Source: an uncultured Ruegeria sp. (GTDB taxonomy: Bacteria; Pseudomonadota; Alphaproteobacteria; Rhodobacterales; Rhodobacteraceae). From it: DNA of 64,000 bases. The notes under the pieces are model-generated. The model saw only the letters and a list, made by a program, of their open reading frames with translations, ran no database searches and was not told the DNA's origin. Location of the stretch: assembly GCF_947504215.1 (NCBI RefSeq), contig NZ_CANNGO010000009.1, forward strand, positions 64,264-128,263. Reading direction: 5' to 3'. Position numbers and translations under genes: made by a program. The number at the start of each line of letters is the position of its first letter. Position 1 is the stretch's first letter. Positions 10,230 through 21,189 of this stretch are shown piece after piece.

Positions 10230-10904
10230 ATGAGGACATTACTATTTGGGCTGATCATATCCGCCCTGAGTTGTTATCCGGTCTTTGCGGCCTCGGTAGA
10301 TGGCGAGCAGGCTTATGACTTGTTGTTTCAGGAAGGCGTTCTGGACAAGATAGACCGGGACAAAGAGCTGGTTTATCAGCGCACGGTCACAAACAACTTA
10401 AAACCTGAAGCTGCCCAACGGGACACCGGCGATATTGCGCTGAGTTTTGCCGATGATGGCAGCGAGATGGCCCGCTTGGAGTTTCGGCAGGATGAAAAAC
10501 ACCGCGCCATGGGTGTGTTTCCGGCCAGTGTCGGCAATCCGATGATCATGGTGTTTTATGAAAGCACCATTCGCGACATGGCCGAGGCGGCCGGAGGCAG
10601 CCCATTCTACATTCGCAACCGTGTGAAGGATGCGTTGGTCCAACCCGCCGAAGTGGAGGCTGGTGAAGCAGTTATTGACGGGGAAACCGTGCCTGTCCGA
10701 ACCATCCGCATGCGCCCCTTTGCAGAGGATCCAAACCGGGATCGGATGCAGGGATTTGGTGATCTGGTGCTGAGCGTGACGGTGTCAGAGGAGGTTCCCG
10801 GCTGGTATCTGCGGCTGGTGGCGGAAACAGGGCCCGAGGGTGCCGACGATGCTGTCTACCGCTCGGAGATGACATTTGAGGGTTTGCAGGAGGGTCAGGA
10901 ATGA
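10230..10904 (+). CDS. Exported hypothetical protein
   Basis: GGAGG RBS, Sec signal peptide, 224-aa ORF inside the xox region. Confidence 0.75.
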   Translation: MRTLLFGLIISALSCYPVFAASVDGEQAYDLLFQEGVLDKIDRDKELVYQRTVTNNLKPEAAQRDTGDIALSFADDGSEMARLEFRQDEKHRAMGVFPASVGNPMIMVFYESTIRDMAEAAGGSPFYIRNRVKDALVQPAEVEAGEAVIDGETVPVRTIRMRPFAEDPNRDRMQGFGDLVLSVTVSEEVPGWYLRLVAETGPEGADDAVYRSEMTFEGLQEGQE

Positions 10905-11347
10905 CTCAGGCAACGTCTTTCAGCCGGAACACACTTGAGACGCGCCGTAAAAGATCGCGTAATGCCAGCTCGCTGCTGGTCTCCAACCTGTTTCAAAAAG
11001 GTGTATGTGCCCTTGCGATTATGTGCGCTGGATGGCCGATCGCGGCGCAAGCCCAAAGTGTGGCCGAACGGTTAAACGATTACCCAACGGCCGCCCGCGC
11101 GGATTACGTTTTTGCCTGCATGGTCACCAATGGTCAGACCCGCGAAATGCTGGACCGGTGTTCCTGTTCAATTGATCTGATCGCCTCGATCCTGCCCTAT
11201 GAAAGATATGAACAAGCAGAAACGGTTCTTTCCATGCGGCGGGTTGGCGGTGAACGCATGGCGTTCTTTAAAAGTGCGGTACTGGCCGAAAACATGGTGG
11301 CAGACCTGCGCCGCGCGCAGGCCGAGGCCGAGGTAGTTTGTTTCTGA
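10901..11347 (+). CDS. Exported Cys-containing hypothetical protein
   Basis: YVFACM..RCSCSID..VCF. ATGA-coupled to the upstream gene; the true start may be further downstream. Confidence 0.7.
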   Translation: MTQATSFSRNTLETRRKRSRNASSLLVSNLFQKGVCALAIMCAGWPIAAQAQSVAERLNDYPTAARADYVFACMVTNGQTREMLDRCSCSIDLIASILPYERYEQAETVLSMRRVGGERMAFFKSAVLAENMVADLRRAQAEAEVVCF

Positions 11348-11367
11348 ACAAGACTCAGGCTGTAGCG

Positions 11368-12180
11368 TCAGCTTGAGGCTGATTTAGGCAGATCGGTTTC
11401 GAAACTGTTTCCTTCGGTGTCTGTGGCCTTTACCGTGAACATCGTTGTTCCGTTGTCGTTGTAGGCAAAGCGAAACGCCGGGTTTTCAGAAATCGAAATC
11501 CCACCATCCATTGTGAACAGCAGCTCTTCACCCTGCCAGACTTCGATGTGGTCGATGAAATGCGCTGGAATAAACAACTGTGTCACCTGATCACGTTGCA
11601 AGCCCGAGTAGTTCGGGTGGCGGATCATGATCTGGGCCTCACGACGGGGCGTCGAGATTTGCGCTGCTTCGCCGAAACTGCGCAACTTCATCTTTCCCAT
11701 CGACGCCAGCGCAACTTCGGGGTCTTTGCTGGCCGGGGCTGAACATCCGCCCGACGCTTTGACAAACCGGCCGGTCATATGCAGACCATCCGGCGTTTCT
11801 GCGATGACGCGAATGTTGGAATACTGGTTTACGCGGACCCGCATTTCAAAATCCAACTCGCCCATGGCTGGCGAAAATGAAAACACGCCAGCAACGGGGG
11901 CCGGGTTCTCGTCGATCACAACCGTTGCCGCAGTGATCTGCGCATCGGGATCAAGTTGTTTCAGAACAATTGGCACGGTGGCTGCATCATGGGCCCGGTA
12001 GGGGGCGTCCAGCGTCAAAAGCGCGTCGGCTTCGCCAATTTGCGCGTCTCCTACGACGTCATATTGCAGGTCCTGCCAGGTCTCGCTTTCTGTGAGAGGG
12101 TTCTTGACCGACTGCTCCGCCCAAACGGGCAGGGACAGTGTCAATGAAAGCACCACAGCGGGTGCAAAAAGTCTGGCCAT
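11368..12180 (-). CDS. Quinoprotein dehydrogenase-associated fused SoxYZ-like carrier (copy 1)
   Basis: SoxY-like half DENPAP..RVNQYS..VKASGGCSAP, SoxZ-like half HPNYSGLQRDQ. Signal peptide; GGAGG RBS before the ATG at 12180. Confidence 0.88.
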   Translation of the reverse strand: MARLFAPAVVLSLTLSLPVWAEQSVKNPLTESETWQDLQYDVVGDAQIGEADALLTLDAPYRAHDAATVPIVLKQLDPDAQITAATVVIDENPAPVAGVFSFSPAMGELDFEMRVRVNQYSNIRVIAETPDGLHMTGRFVKASGGCSAPASKDPEVALASMGKMKLRSFGEAAQISTPRREAQIMIRHPNYSGLQRDQVTQLFIPAHFIDHIEVWQGEELLFTMDGGISISENPAFRFAYNDNGTTMFTVKATDTEGNSFETDLPKSASS

Positions 12181-12302
12181 GTTGTTTCCTCCGGCAACCG
12201 GTTCGGGGAATATGCCACAAAACCCCAATAAAATATACGCCGACCAAAGGCTGTGTGGTGTTCACGATTGAGTGTGCCAAGGTCCAAAGCGGAGGATGAG
12301 CC

Positions 12303-13337
12303 ATGTTTGAAGCCGTGATTGCGGTGTGCCTTGAGGTCACCGCCGGGCCCTGTCGAGAGCAACTTTTGCCGGGTTATGAGGCTGAAACGCAGTCAATATG
12401 CGAACAAGGCCTTGCGGCTGATCCGCCTTTGTTAAACCTGGATCAGACTAAGGGCAGTGCGCGGTGCCAACCCGTTGGCAAAGCTTTGGTTTTTTCTGAG
12501 GTTGCTCCGGGCGTTTACGTGCATCGTGGGCGCATCGAAGAGCCGAACACAGCCAATCTTGGGGATGTTTCAAATATAGGGTTTGTGATTGGCGACGACA
12601 GCGTCGCGGTGATTGACACAGGCACCGCCCCCTGGATGGGCGAGGGGATCTGGCGCGCCATCCGGGAAAGAACGGAAAAACCAGTCAGCCATGTGATCTT
12701 GACGCATATGCACCCCGATCATGTGCTGGGCACAGCACCTTTGGCGCAAGCAGGCGCATTGGTTGTGGCCCATCCCGGGCTGGAGCGCGCATTACTGGAT
12801 CGGCGTCTCAACTATGTTGAAAGCCTGAGCAGTTTGATAGGCGCCAGTGAATTGATCGGAGTGGGATCAATCACGGTCGACCAATCGGTGGACGCAGAAG
12901 ACGAGATTGATCTGGGGAATCGAATTTTGACGCTCCGCACTTGGCCCACAGCGCATACCGGAACCGATCTGACCGTATTGGATCAAGGTTCCGGCATTTT
13001 GTTCACTGGCGATCTGGTTTTTCATGAACACACCCCGGCACTGGATGGGCGGTTAATCGGTTGGAAAGAGGTTCTGACCGAAATGACCGAGATGCGGGTG
13101 AAGCAGATTGTTCCCGGACATGGCGGCCCGGTTTTGGACTGGCCAGACGGGGCAACGGATATGTTGCGTTACCTCAACGTGCTCGAAACAGATACCCGCG
13201 CTGCCCTTGATCAGGGTCAACGGCTGGGCGACGCGGTGGAAACGATTGCCGAAAGCGAGGCGGAACACTGGGATCTTTTTGACACTTATAACCCACGCAA
13301 CGCGACCGTTGCGTTTACCGAACTTGAGTGGGAATAG
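12303..13337 (+). CDS. Quinoprotein relay system zinc metallohydrolase (MBL fold, SoxH-like)
   Basis: THMHPDH metal motif, AHTGTD, GDLVF, VPGHG. Extra N-terminal segment with 4 Cys. Confidence 0.88.
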   Translation: MFEAVIAVCLEVTAGPCREQLLPGYEAETQSICEQGLAADPPLLNLDQTKGSARCQPVGKALVFSEVAPGVYVHRGRIEEPNTANLGDVSNIGFVIGDDSVAVIDTGTAPWMGEGIWRAIRERTEKPVSHVILTHMHPDHVLGTAPLAQAGALVVAHPGLERALLDRRLNYVESLSSLIGASELIGVGSITVDQSVDAEDEIDLGNRILTLRTWPTAHTGTDLTVLDQGSGILFTGDLVFHEHTPALDGRLIGWKEVLTEMTEMRVKQIVPGHGGPVLDWPDGATDMLRYLNVLETDTRAALDQGQRLGDAVETIAESEAEHWDLFDTYNPRNATVAFTELEWE

Positions 13338-13347
13338 CACTCCGCTC

Positions 13348-14136
13348 TCACTGCAAAGCGCGATCCAGATTCTTAGCGGCATCCAGATTGGTTTGGTCCA
13401 AGCCTTGCGCATCAACTAGCCGGGTGGCTGTCAGGTCCGCATCTGTGAAATCGGCCCCTGTCAGAATTGCGCCGGATAGGTCAGCGCCGCCCAGTGTGGT
13501 CATCGACATGTCGGCGTCGGTAAAATTCGCTCCGGGCAGTTTGGCAAATTCCAGATCGGCCCGAGACATAAGGGCGCCGGTGAAATCAACATTACTGCCA
13601 CGCGCCGATGTCAGGACGCCGCGCATCAGGCCCATTGATTGATTTCGCATATCAGCCGAGAAATCAGCTCCACGAAAAATCGCACCTGTCAGGTTGGCTT
13701 TGGTAAAGTCGGCGGCAGTTCTGGCATTGGTGAAATCCGTGTTGCTCAGATCTGCCCGGCCAAGCTGTGTCTGAAACAGTTCCGCCCCGACAAGTGAGGC
13801 ACCCGTCAGGTTTGCGCCGATCATCCACGCCTGGCTAAGGACCGCGCCATCAAAGTTCGACCCAGACAGGTTTGTACCGTTCATCGACGTTGCGCGCAGA
13901 ACTGCATTGCCGAAATCCAACTCGGAAAGATCCAGATTGTTCAGCCAAACGCGGGTGAAATCAGCGGGGCTATCCAGTGTTGCTGCGTCCAGCTGTGAGA
14001 TTACGTCGGCGCGGGTCAATTGCGCTTGCGTCATTTTGGGCAGGGTCATGTCAACGCCGCTCAGCACGCTTTGGCCAAGGGTTGGTAAGGGCAAGAGCGC
14101 GAATAAGGCCGCCTGAAGAACGATCAAGGATTTCAT
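13348..14136 (-). CDS. Exported pentapeptide-repeat protein
   Basis: Signal peptide followed by long A-(D/N)-(L/F)-x-x repeats. Confidence 0.9.
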   Translation of the reverse strand: MKSLIVLQAALFALLPLPTLGQSVLSGVDMTLPKMTQAQLTRADVISQLDAATLDSPADFTRVWLNNLDLSELDFGNAVLRATSMNGTNLSGSNFDGAVLSQAWMIGANLTGASLVGAELFQTQLGRADLSNTDFTNARTAADFTKANLTGAIFRGADFSADMRNQSMGLMRGVLTSARGSNVDFTGALMSRADLEFAKLPGANFTDADMSMTTLGGADLSGAILTGADFTDADLTATRLVDAQGLDQTNLDAAKNLDRALQ

Positions 14137-14167
14137 CTATGTTCTCCTTCTTGTGGCCGACTATGTT

Positions 14168-14782
14168 CTACCCCTGATCCGCCGCAAGTTGTTGCAACAT
14201 CTGGGAAATGGAAAACAGACGGCGTTCGATGATCTGGGGGGTTTCGCACAAATAGGTTATTGATCGCTGGCGGTCCGTGTAGATCAGCTGATCCCAATCC
14301 AGTTGTTCCTCAAGCGCGTCGACCGTGTCGTAGTCGGGCGGTTCAGCGGTTAGTGCCTGATCCATTTCGGCGCGAGCCAGGTCAATCTGGCTGGCCAGAT
14401 CAATCTGCTTCAGCGAGAACTCTCCTATTCCGCCGATGATCCGTTTACGTCGGTCCGAAAGGGTGTCGAAAACCTGTTGAAACACCAGCCCAAGAACATC
14501 AGGGTTACCCTTATGGCGTGCCGCAAACGCAGCCACCTGCGGCTGTAACTCGTCCAGTTCAATGCGGCGCAGGGCCAGTAGACCAGCGATTTCGTCAATC
14601 TCGGGCCGAAGCTCAGGTGTATCAGTGCCGTTGACTGGGTGCGGCCACATCAGCCCCATCGACAAATCCTCGACCTTGCGTTGCACGCAAGGCCAGGTTG
14701 GGTCGGAAAAATCCGCAGCAAAGCCGGGATTTGCCACGCTGAACCAAGCCAACGCCATCACGATATGCTTGCAGATCGACAT
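14168..14782 (-). CDS. Exported hypothetical protein (DPTWPCVQRKV motif)
   Basis: GGAGG RBS before the ATG at 14782, signal peptide, two Cys, helical body. Confidence 0.75.
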   Translation of the reverse strand: MSICKHIVMALAWFSVANPGFAADFSDPTWPCVQRKVEDLSMGLMWPHPVNGTDTPELRPEIDEIAGLLALRRIELDELQPQVAAFAARHKGNPDVLGLVFQQVFDTLSDRRKRIIGGIGEFSLKQIDLASQIDLARAEMDQALTAEPPDYDTVDALEEQLDWDQLIYTDRQRSITYLCETPQIIERRLFSISQMLQQLAADQG

Positions 14783-14945
14783 CGCGGGTCTCCTCCACAC
14801 TGACACTATGCCCGAAACCTGCGCGTTTAGTCCATTCAACCCAATACACACCATTGTCTTAATTGTTTGAACGGCGTGCCAGCCGCCATACTCGGCTTAA
14901 ACACCCGGATTCTATTTGTGTTCGGGAATGGGAGGACAGATTAAC

Positions 14946-16058
<1,113 letters not shown>

Positions 16059-16059
16059 T

Positions 16060-16890
16060 ATGGATCTGAAGGTCATCACACAAAATCGCAGTTTCGGGGG
16101 GGAACAGACCGTCTATTCCCACCAGTCGGAGACCTGCGATTGTGAGATGACCTTTGCAATTTATCTGCCCCCGCAGGCCAAGCAAGGGCCTGTTCCGCTG
16201 TTGTGGTATTTGTCTGGTCTGACCTGCACCCACGAAAACGCAATGACCAAAGGTGGTTTCCAAGAGGCAGCTGCAGATTATGGCGTTGCGGTGATCTTCC
16301 CGGACACGTCCCCGCGCGGAAGCACCGTGGCAGATGATGACGCCTATGACCTTGGGCAAGGGGCCGGGTTTTATGTCAATGCGACGCGCGAACCCTGGAA
16401 GTCGCATTTCCGCATGTATGATTACATTGTCGAGGAACTGCGTGAGATTGTTCTGAAGACCTTTCCTGTACAGGATCAGCAAGGCATTACTGGTCATTCC
16501 ATGGGCGGGCACGGTGCGTTGACGATCGCCATGCGCAACGCGGATTTGTTCGGATCGCTTTCGGCCTTTGCTCCAATCGCGCATCCGACGCAATCTGATT
16601 GGGGCCGAAAGCAACTCAGCAGTTATCTCGGGGATGATGAAAGCACCTGGTCCGAGCACGACTCGACCTTGCTGCTGGAAGAGCACGGTTGGAAGGGTGA
16701 CTTGTTAATCGACCAGGGTGCGGACGACCAATTCCTGGATCTGCTTAAACCCGAAGCGTTGGCCAATATGATGGCCAAGCGCCGCCAGCCCGGACAGATC
16801 AGAATTCAACAGGGCTATGACCATTCGTACTTCTTCGTGAACAGTTTTGCGCGGGACCATGTCGCATGGCACGCCGAGCGTCTCAGCTAA
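16060..16890 (+). CDS. fghA: S-formylglutathione hydrolase
   Basis: LSGLTCT, GHSMGG nucleophile elbow, GYDHSY. Confidence 0.96.
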   Translation: MDLKVITQNRSFGGEQTVYSHQSETCDCEMTFAIYLPPQAKQGPVPLLWYLSGLTCTHENAMTKGGFQEAAADYGVAVIFPDTSPRGSTVADDDAYDLGQGAGFYVNATREPWKSHFRMYDYIVEELREIVLKTFPVQDQQGITGHSMGGHGALTIAMRNADLFGSLSAFAPIAHPTQSDWGRKQLSSYLGDDESTWSEHDSTLLLEEHGWKGDLLIDQGADDQFLDLLKPEALANMMAKRRQPGQIRIQQGYDHSYFFVNSFARDHVAWHAERLS

Positions 16891-16915
16891 TGAAAACAGC
16901 AAGGAAAGATCGAGA

Positions 16916-17305
16916 GTGTTAAGAACAGTAATATCAGCAGCATGTCTGATGCTTGCACCGGTAATTGCAAGCGCCGAAGGAGATGTCGAGGCAGGCAAAA
17001 AGGTGTTTCGCAAGTGCAAAGCTTGCCACGCCGTTGGTGAGGGTGCCGAAAACAAGGTTGGGCCTATGCTGAACGGGATTGTGGGCCGTCAGGCGGCCAC
17101 CGTCGAAGGCTTTGGGTACTCTCCGGTATTGATGACGCTGTCCGAGGAAGGGCTTGTCTGGACGCCGGAAGAACTGGACGTGTTTCTGACCAAGCCGCGC
17201 GACTATGCCAAAGGCATCAAGATGACCTTTGCTGGTCTGCGCAAGGAAGACGACCGGGTCAACATAATCGCATATCTTGCGACCTTTGAAGACGAAGGCT
17301 CGTGA
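16916..17305 (+). CDS. Class I cytochrome c (c2/c550-like)
   Basis: Signal peptide, CKACH heme motif, GIKMTFAG axial Met. GTG start inferred. Confidence 0.92.
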   Translation: MLRTVISAACLMLAPVIASAEGDVEAGKKVFRKCKACHAVGEGAENKVGPMLNGIVGRQAATVEGFGYSPVLMTLSEEGLVWTPEELDVFLTKPRDYAKGIKMTFAGLRKEDDRVNIIAYLATFEDEGS

Positions 17306-17314
17306 GACACTGAG

Positions 17315-17361
17315 TTGCTCGCCCGTCGTTTAGCCCAAGGAGGGGCTTGACGGACGAGCAA
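17315..17361 (+). other. Long intergenic stem-loop between the cytochrome c gene and xoxF
   Basis: TTGCTCGCCCGTC (17315-17327) pairs with GACGGACGAGCAA (17349-17361), with an inner AGCCC/GGGCT stem. No U-tract. Confidence 0.6.
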
Positions 17362-17436
17362 GTAAAGACACCGCAATCCGGCAAGGGTGAGGTGTGTCAT
17401 AGCGGCGAAGACGCCGCACCAAAGGGAGGAAAATGA

Positions 17437-19239
17437 ATGAAAAAGCTATCGCTTTTGACCTCCGGGATCGCCATCTGTCTGGCCTCTGCGGCTTTTGCAA
17501 ATGACGACCTGGTTTCCCAGATGGAGAACTCAAAACAATGGGCGATCCAGACCGGTGACTACAAGAACCAACGCTATTCCGCACTGGACCAGATTACATC
17601 CGATAACGTCGGGGATCTGCAGGTTGCGTGGACATTCTCGACCGGTGTTCTGCGCGGGCACGAAGGTTCTCCGCTGGTGATCGGTGACATGATGTATGTC
17701 CATACACCGTTCCCGAACATCGTCTATGCGTTGGATCTGGCCAATGACGGCAAGATCGTTTGGAAGTATGAACCAAAGCAGGACCCGGACGTTATCCCGG
17801 TGATGTGCTGTGACACCGTGAACCGCGGTGTGGCGTATGCAGATGGTAAGATTTTCCTGCATCAGGCTGACACCAAGCTTGTTGCTCTGGATGCCAATAC
17901 CGGCGACGTCGTTTGGGAAGTGCAAAATGGTGACCCGGCAATTGGGGAAACCAACACTGCAACCGTGCTGCCTATTAAAGATAAGGTCATCGTCGGTATC
18001 TCTGGTGGTGAGTTCGGTGTGCGTGGGTCGGTTACAGCCTACGACATGAGCTCGGGCGAGCAGGTCTGGCGTGCCTATTCCATGGGTCCGGATTCAGACA
18101 TCCTGGTTGATCCGGAAAACACCACCCATCTAGGTACCCCAGTGGGTACGGATTCCGGAACCAACACATGGGAAGGCGACCAGTGGAAGATCGGTGGCGG
18201 CACCACCTGGGGCTGGTATTCAGCCGATCTGGAAGAAAACCTGATGTACTATGGTACCGGGAACCCATCGACATGGAACCCGGCGCAGCGGCCCGGCGAC
18301 AATCGCTGGTCGATGACTGTCATGGCGCGCGATATCGACACCGGTATGGCCAAGTGGTTCTATCAAATGACGCCGCATGATGAATGGGACTATGACGGCA
18401 TCAATGAAATGATCCTGACGGAACAGGAAATTGATGGCGAGCAACGCAAGTTGCTGACCCATTTTGACCGGAATGGTCTTGGGTACACCATGGACCGTGT
18501 CACGGGTGAACTGCTTGTGGCCGAGAAATTCGATCCGGTGGTCAACTGGACCACGGGTGTCGATATGGACCCCAACAGCGAAACCTATGGTCGTCCGGCG
18601 GTGGTCGCTCAGTACTCGACGGAACAGAACGGCGAGGACGTAAACTCGACCGGTATCTGCCCGGCGGCTTTGGGTACCAAAGACCAACAGCCTGCTGCCT
18701 ATTCGCCTAAGACCGAGCTTATGTACGTGCCGACAAACCACGTCTGCATGGACTATGAGCCGTTCCGCGTGTCTTACACCGCTGGTCAGCCCTATGTGGG
18801 TGCGACGCTGGCAATGTATCCGGCACCGGATAGCCATGGCGGTATGGGGAACTTCATAGCCTGGGATAACACCGACGGTTCCATCAAGTGGTCGATCCCC
18901 GAGCAGTTCTCGGTTTGGTCGGGTGCTCTGGCGACTGCAGGTGATGTTGTGTTCTACGGCACGCTCGAAGGGTATCTGAAGGCTGTTCATGCCGAGACTG
19001 GTGAAGAACTCTACAAGTTCAAGACACCATCGGGTATCATCGGCAACGTGATGACCTATGAACATGGCGGTAAGCAGTACATTGGCATCCTGTCAGGTGT
19101 TGGTGGCTGGGCCGGCATTGGTCTTGCGGCTGGTCTGACCAATCCGAATGACGGTCTGGGCGCCGTGGGTGGCTATGCCGCTCTTAGCGACTACACCGCG
19201 CTTGGTGGTCAGCTAACTGTGTTCGCACTGCCGAACTAA
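17437..19239 (+). CDS. xoxF: Lanthanide-dependent PQQ methanol dehydrogenase (XoxF, probably clade 5)
   Basis: Vicinal disulfide MCCD, ligand Glu in GGEFG, active-site WDYDG with the extra Asp diagnostic of Ln binding (MxaF has D-x-A). No mxaI follows. Confidence 0.97.
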   Translation: MKKLSLLTSGIAICLASAAFANDDLVSQMENSKQWAIQTGDYKNQRYSALDQITSDNVGDLQVAWTFSTGVLRGHEGSPLVIGDMMYVHTPFPNIVYALDLANDGKIVWKYEPKQDPDVIPVMCCDTVNRGVAYADGKIFLHQADTKLVALDANTGDVVWEVQNGDPAIGETNTATVLPIKDKVIVGISGGEFGVRGSVTAYDMSSGEQVWRAYSMGPDSDILVDPENTTHLGTPVGTDSGTNTWEGDQWKIGGGTTWGWYSADLEENLMYYGTGNPSTWNPAQRPGDNRWSMTVMARDIDTGMAKWFYQMTPHDEWDYDGINEMILTEQEIDGEQRKLLTHFDRNGLGYTMDRVTGELLVAEKFDPVVNWTTGVDMDPNSETYGRPAVVAQYSTEQNGEDVNSTGICPAALGTKDQQPAAYSPKTELMYVPTNHVCMDYEPFRVSYTAGQPYVGATLAMYPAPDSHGGMGNFIAWDNTDGSIKWSIPEQFSVWSGALATAGDVVFYGTLEGYLKAVHAETGEELYKFKTPSGIIGNVMTYEHGGKQYIGILSGVGGWAGIGLAAGLTNPNDGLGAVGGYAALSDYTALGGQLTVFALPN

Positions 19240-19249
19240 GCCAAATAGT

Positions 19250-19281
19250 GTCTGGCGCGGCCCGCGATGGTTGCGCCAGAC
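19250..19281 (+). terminator. Intercistronic hairpin after xoxF (partial terminator or mRNA stabiliser)
   Basis: GTCTGGCGC (19250-19258) / GCGCCAGAC (19273-19281) followed by TTT. Confidence 0.55.
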
Positions 19282-19307
19282 TTTCAGCTACAGCAAACGA
19301 GAATTTC

Positions 19308-19811
19308 ATGATCCTAGCAGTACGTCTTTTGGCCCCTTTTGCGATTATCTGTCTTCCTCTGGCCGCAGCGGCTGACAATCTAGCCGTCGAGTACACCGAG
19401 GACGGTCGATCTTTCACGGATGACGATGTCCCTACGTTCAATGTCGCAGAAGATGGAACGGTGGACTGGCCGACGTTTTCAGGATTTCGTCGCTATCATG
19501 CGGAATGCCATGTGTGTCATGGTCCAGACGGAGAAGGTTCGACCTACGCGCCTGCGCTGAAGCAATCCGCGCTGGATATGGATTATTACGACTTCGTTGA
19601 TGTCGTCACCAATGGTCGGCAGGTGATCAACGCGGCCGAAAACTCGGTGATGCCCGGATTTGGCGACAACCCGAATGTGATGTGCTTTCTGGACGACATT
19701 TATGTTTATCTGAAAGCCCATGGTTCCGGTACGATCCCACGCGGTCGGCCCCCGAAGAAAGAAGCAAAATCGGATGTGATCCGCGAGGATGAAGATGCGT
19801 GCATGGGCTAA
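19308..19811 (+). CDS. xoxG: Cytochrome c electron acceptor of XoxF (c553i-like)
   Basis: CHVCH, YAPAL, VMPGFG. Directly downstream of xoxF. Confidence 0.9.
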   Translation: MILAVRLLAPFAIICLPLAAAADNLAVEYTEDGRSFTDDDVPTFNVAEDGTVDWPTFSGFRRYHAECHVCHGPDGEGSTYAPALKQSALDMDYYDFVDVVTNGRQVINAAENSVMPGFGDNPNVMCFLDDIYVYLKAHGSGTIPRGRPPKKEAKSDVIREDEDACMG

Positions 19812-20637
19812 TGCCTTTCTGACAGTGTTGGGGCTCACGGTTTGGATCAGCCAGGCGCAGCCCGCTATCGCGCAAACATCCGATCTGGTTTCAAAAAACG
19901 CGTTTCGCGTCTGCGCAGACCCGGCAAATTTCCCCGTCTCCTCCAAAGATGGGTCAGGATATGAAAACAAACTGGCCGAGCTGATCGCAGCAAAACTGGA
20001 GCTTCCGGTACAATACACATGGTTTCCTCAGGCCACCGGCTTCATTCGGAACACCTTGGCTGCCAAGCGCTGTGATGTTGTGATCGGATACGCGCAAGGG
20101 CACGAGTTGGTACAAAACACCAATCATTATTACACGTCCGCCTATTCGTTGATCGTCCCTAAAAACGGTGAACTTGCAGAGGTCGACACTCTGAATGATC
20201 CCGCGCTCAAGGGGCGGCGGATCGGGATCATTGCGGGTACACCCCCGGCTGCCCACATGGCGCGCAATGGTTTGATCGGACAGGCCAAACCTTATAATTT
20301 GTTTGTAGATCGTCGTGTCGAAAGCCCTGCAATTGACATGTTGAATGACTTGCAATCCGGTGAAATCGAAGCTGCTGTTCTATGGGGTCCTTTGGGCGGA
20401 CCGCTAGTCAAAAGCGACTATCCGGACTTCAAAGTGGTCCCCTTGGTTAAGGAAGAGCTGCCGCCGCGCCTGTTCTATCGTATTACCATGGGTGTGCGTC
20501 AGGGTGAGAAAGTGTGGCAGCGGCAGCTGAATTCCCTGATCCGTCGCAATCAGGACGAAATCAACGGGGTGCTGGCCGAGGCGGGTGTTCCGCTGGTCAA
20601 CGATCTGGGAACCGAGGTTTTGGAGCTGTCACAATGA
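19789..20637 (+). CDS. xoxJ: Periplasmic binding-fold XoxJ/MxaJ-like protein
   Basis: FRVCADPANFP, GYENKLAEL, RCDVVIG motifs. Synteny with xoxFG. Confidence 0.92.
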   Translation: MKMRAWANAFLTVLGLTVWISQAQPAIAQTSDLVSKNAFRVCADPANFPVSSKDGSGYENKLAELIAAKLELPVQYTWFPQATGFIRNTLAAKRCDVVIGYAQGHELVQNTNHYYTSAYSLIVPKNGELAEVDTLNDPALKGRRIGIIAGTPPAAHMARNGLIGQAKPYNLFVDRRVESPAIDMLNDLQSGEIEAAVLWGPLGGPLVKSDYPDFKVVPLVKEELPPRLFYRITMGVRQGEKVWQRQLNSLIRRNQDEINGVLAEAGVPLVNDLGTEVLELSQ

Positions 20638-21188
20638 TCCGCGCCCTTGCGGCGTTTGTTCTAATGGCCACCGCTGCGACCGCGCAAACCGTCCCGGAAC
20701 CCTCAGATTATCGAATGGATCACTATCGGGCGCCGGTGCCCGACCAGATAACCGGCGGTGCAGCCATCGGCCCGGAAGAGGCGCATGCTTTGTGGCAGGA
20801 GCAAAGCGCGGTCTTTATCGACGTCCTGCCGCAAGCCCCGAAACCGGCCAACCTGCCCAAAGGCACGATCTGGCGGGACAAGCCTCGTAACAGTATTCCG
20901 GGTGCAATCTGGTTGCCGAACGTAGGCTATGGGGCCATTGCCGATGTCACCGCTGACTATTTCCGCAAGGGTTTGGAAGAGGTGACCGACGGTGACACCA
21001 GCCGAGCAGTTGTCTTCTTCTGCCTGGAGGATTGCTGGATGAGCTGGAACGCTGCCCGGCGCGCCATCGAATGGGGCTATGGCAGCGTCTATTGGCTGCC
21101 CGAAGGCACCGATGGTTGGGCTTTGTGGGGCTACCCTCTCGAACGGGTGAAACCGGAACCGGGTCAGCCAGTGGCCGAAGGCGGGTAG
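20634..21188 (+). CDS. Exported rhodanese-like protein, PQQ-catabolism-associated CXXCW type
   Basis: IPGAIWLPNVG and FFCLEDCWMSWNAA. ATGA overlap with xoxJ. Confidence 0.88.
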   Translation: MIRALAAFVLMATAATAQTVPEPSDYRMDHYRAPVPDQITGGAAIGPEEAHALWQEQSAVFIDVLPQAPKPANLPKGTIWRDKPRNSIPGAIWLPNVGYGAIADVTADYFRKGLEEVTDGDTSRAVVFFCLEDCWMSWNAARRAIEWGYGSVYWLPEGTDGWALWGYPLERVKPEPGQPVAEGG

Positions 21189-21189
21189 T

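Noticed and set aside
13400-14000. Periodic sequence here and in the autotransporter (54100-54560) as a CRISPR or DNA tandem array
   Set aside because: Periodicity is at the protein level (pentapeptide and beta-helix repeats); there are no identical nucleotide repeats with spacers.
16990-17030. Near-identical GKKVFRKC(K/R)ACH segments here and at ~62940-62985 as a recent duplication
   Set aside because: An ordinary conserved class I cytochrome c motif; the flanking sequence is divergent.
18220-19065. 281-aa ORF antisense to xoxF (likewise 30322-31260, 43779-44744, 59064-60143 and many shorter ones)
   Set aside because: Shadow ORFs of GC-rich coding genes; no motifs or RBS, and they fully overlap well-supported genes.
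17437-19239. Calling the dehydrogenase MxaF or an ExaA/PedE ethanol dehydrogenase
   Set aside because: The D-Y-D motif, absence of mxaI and the xoxG/xoxJ neighbours indicate XoxF.
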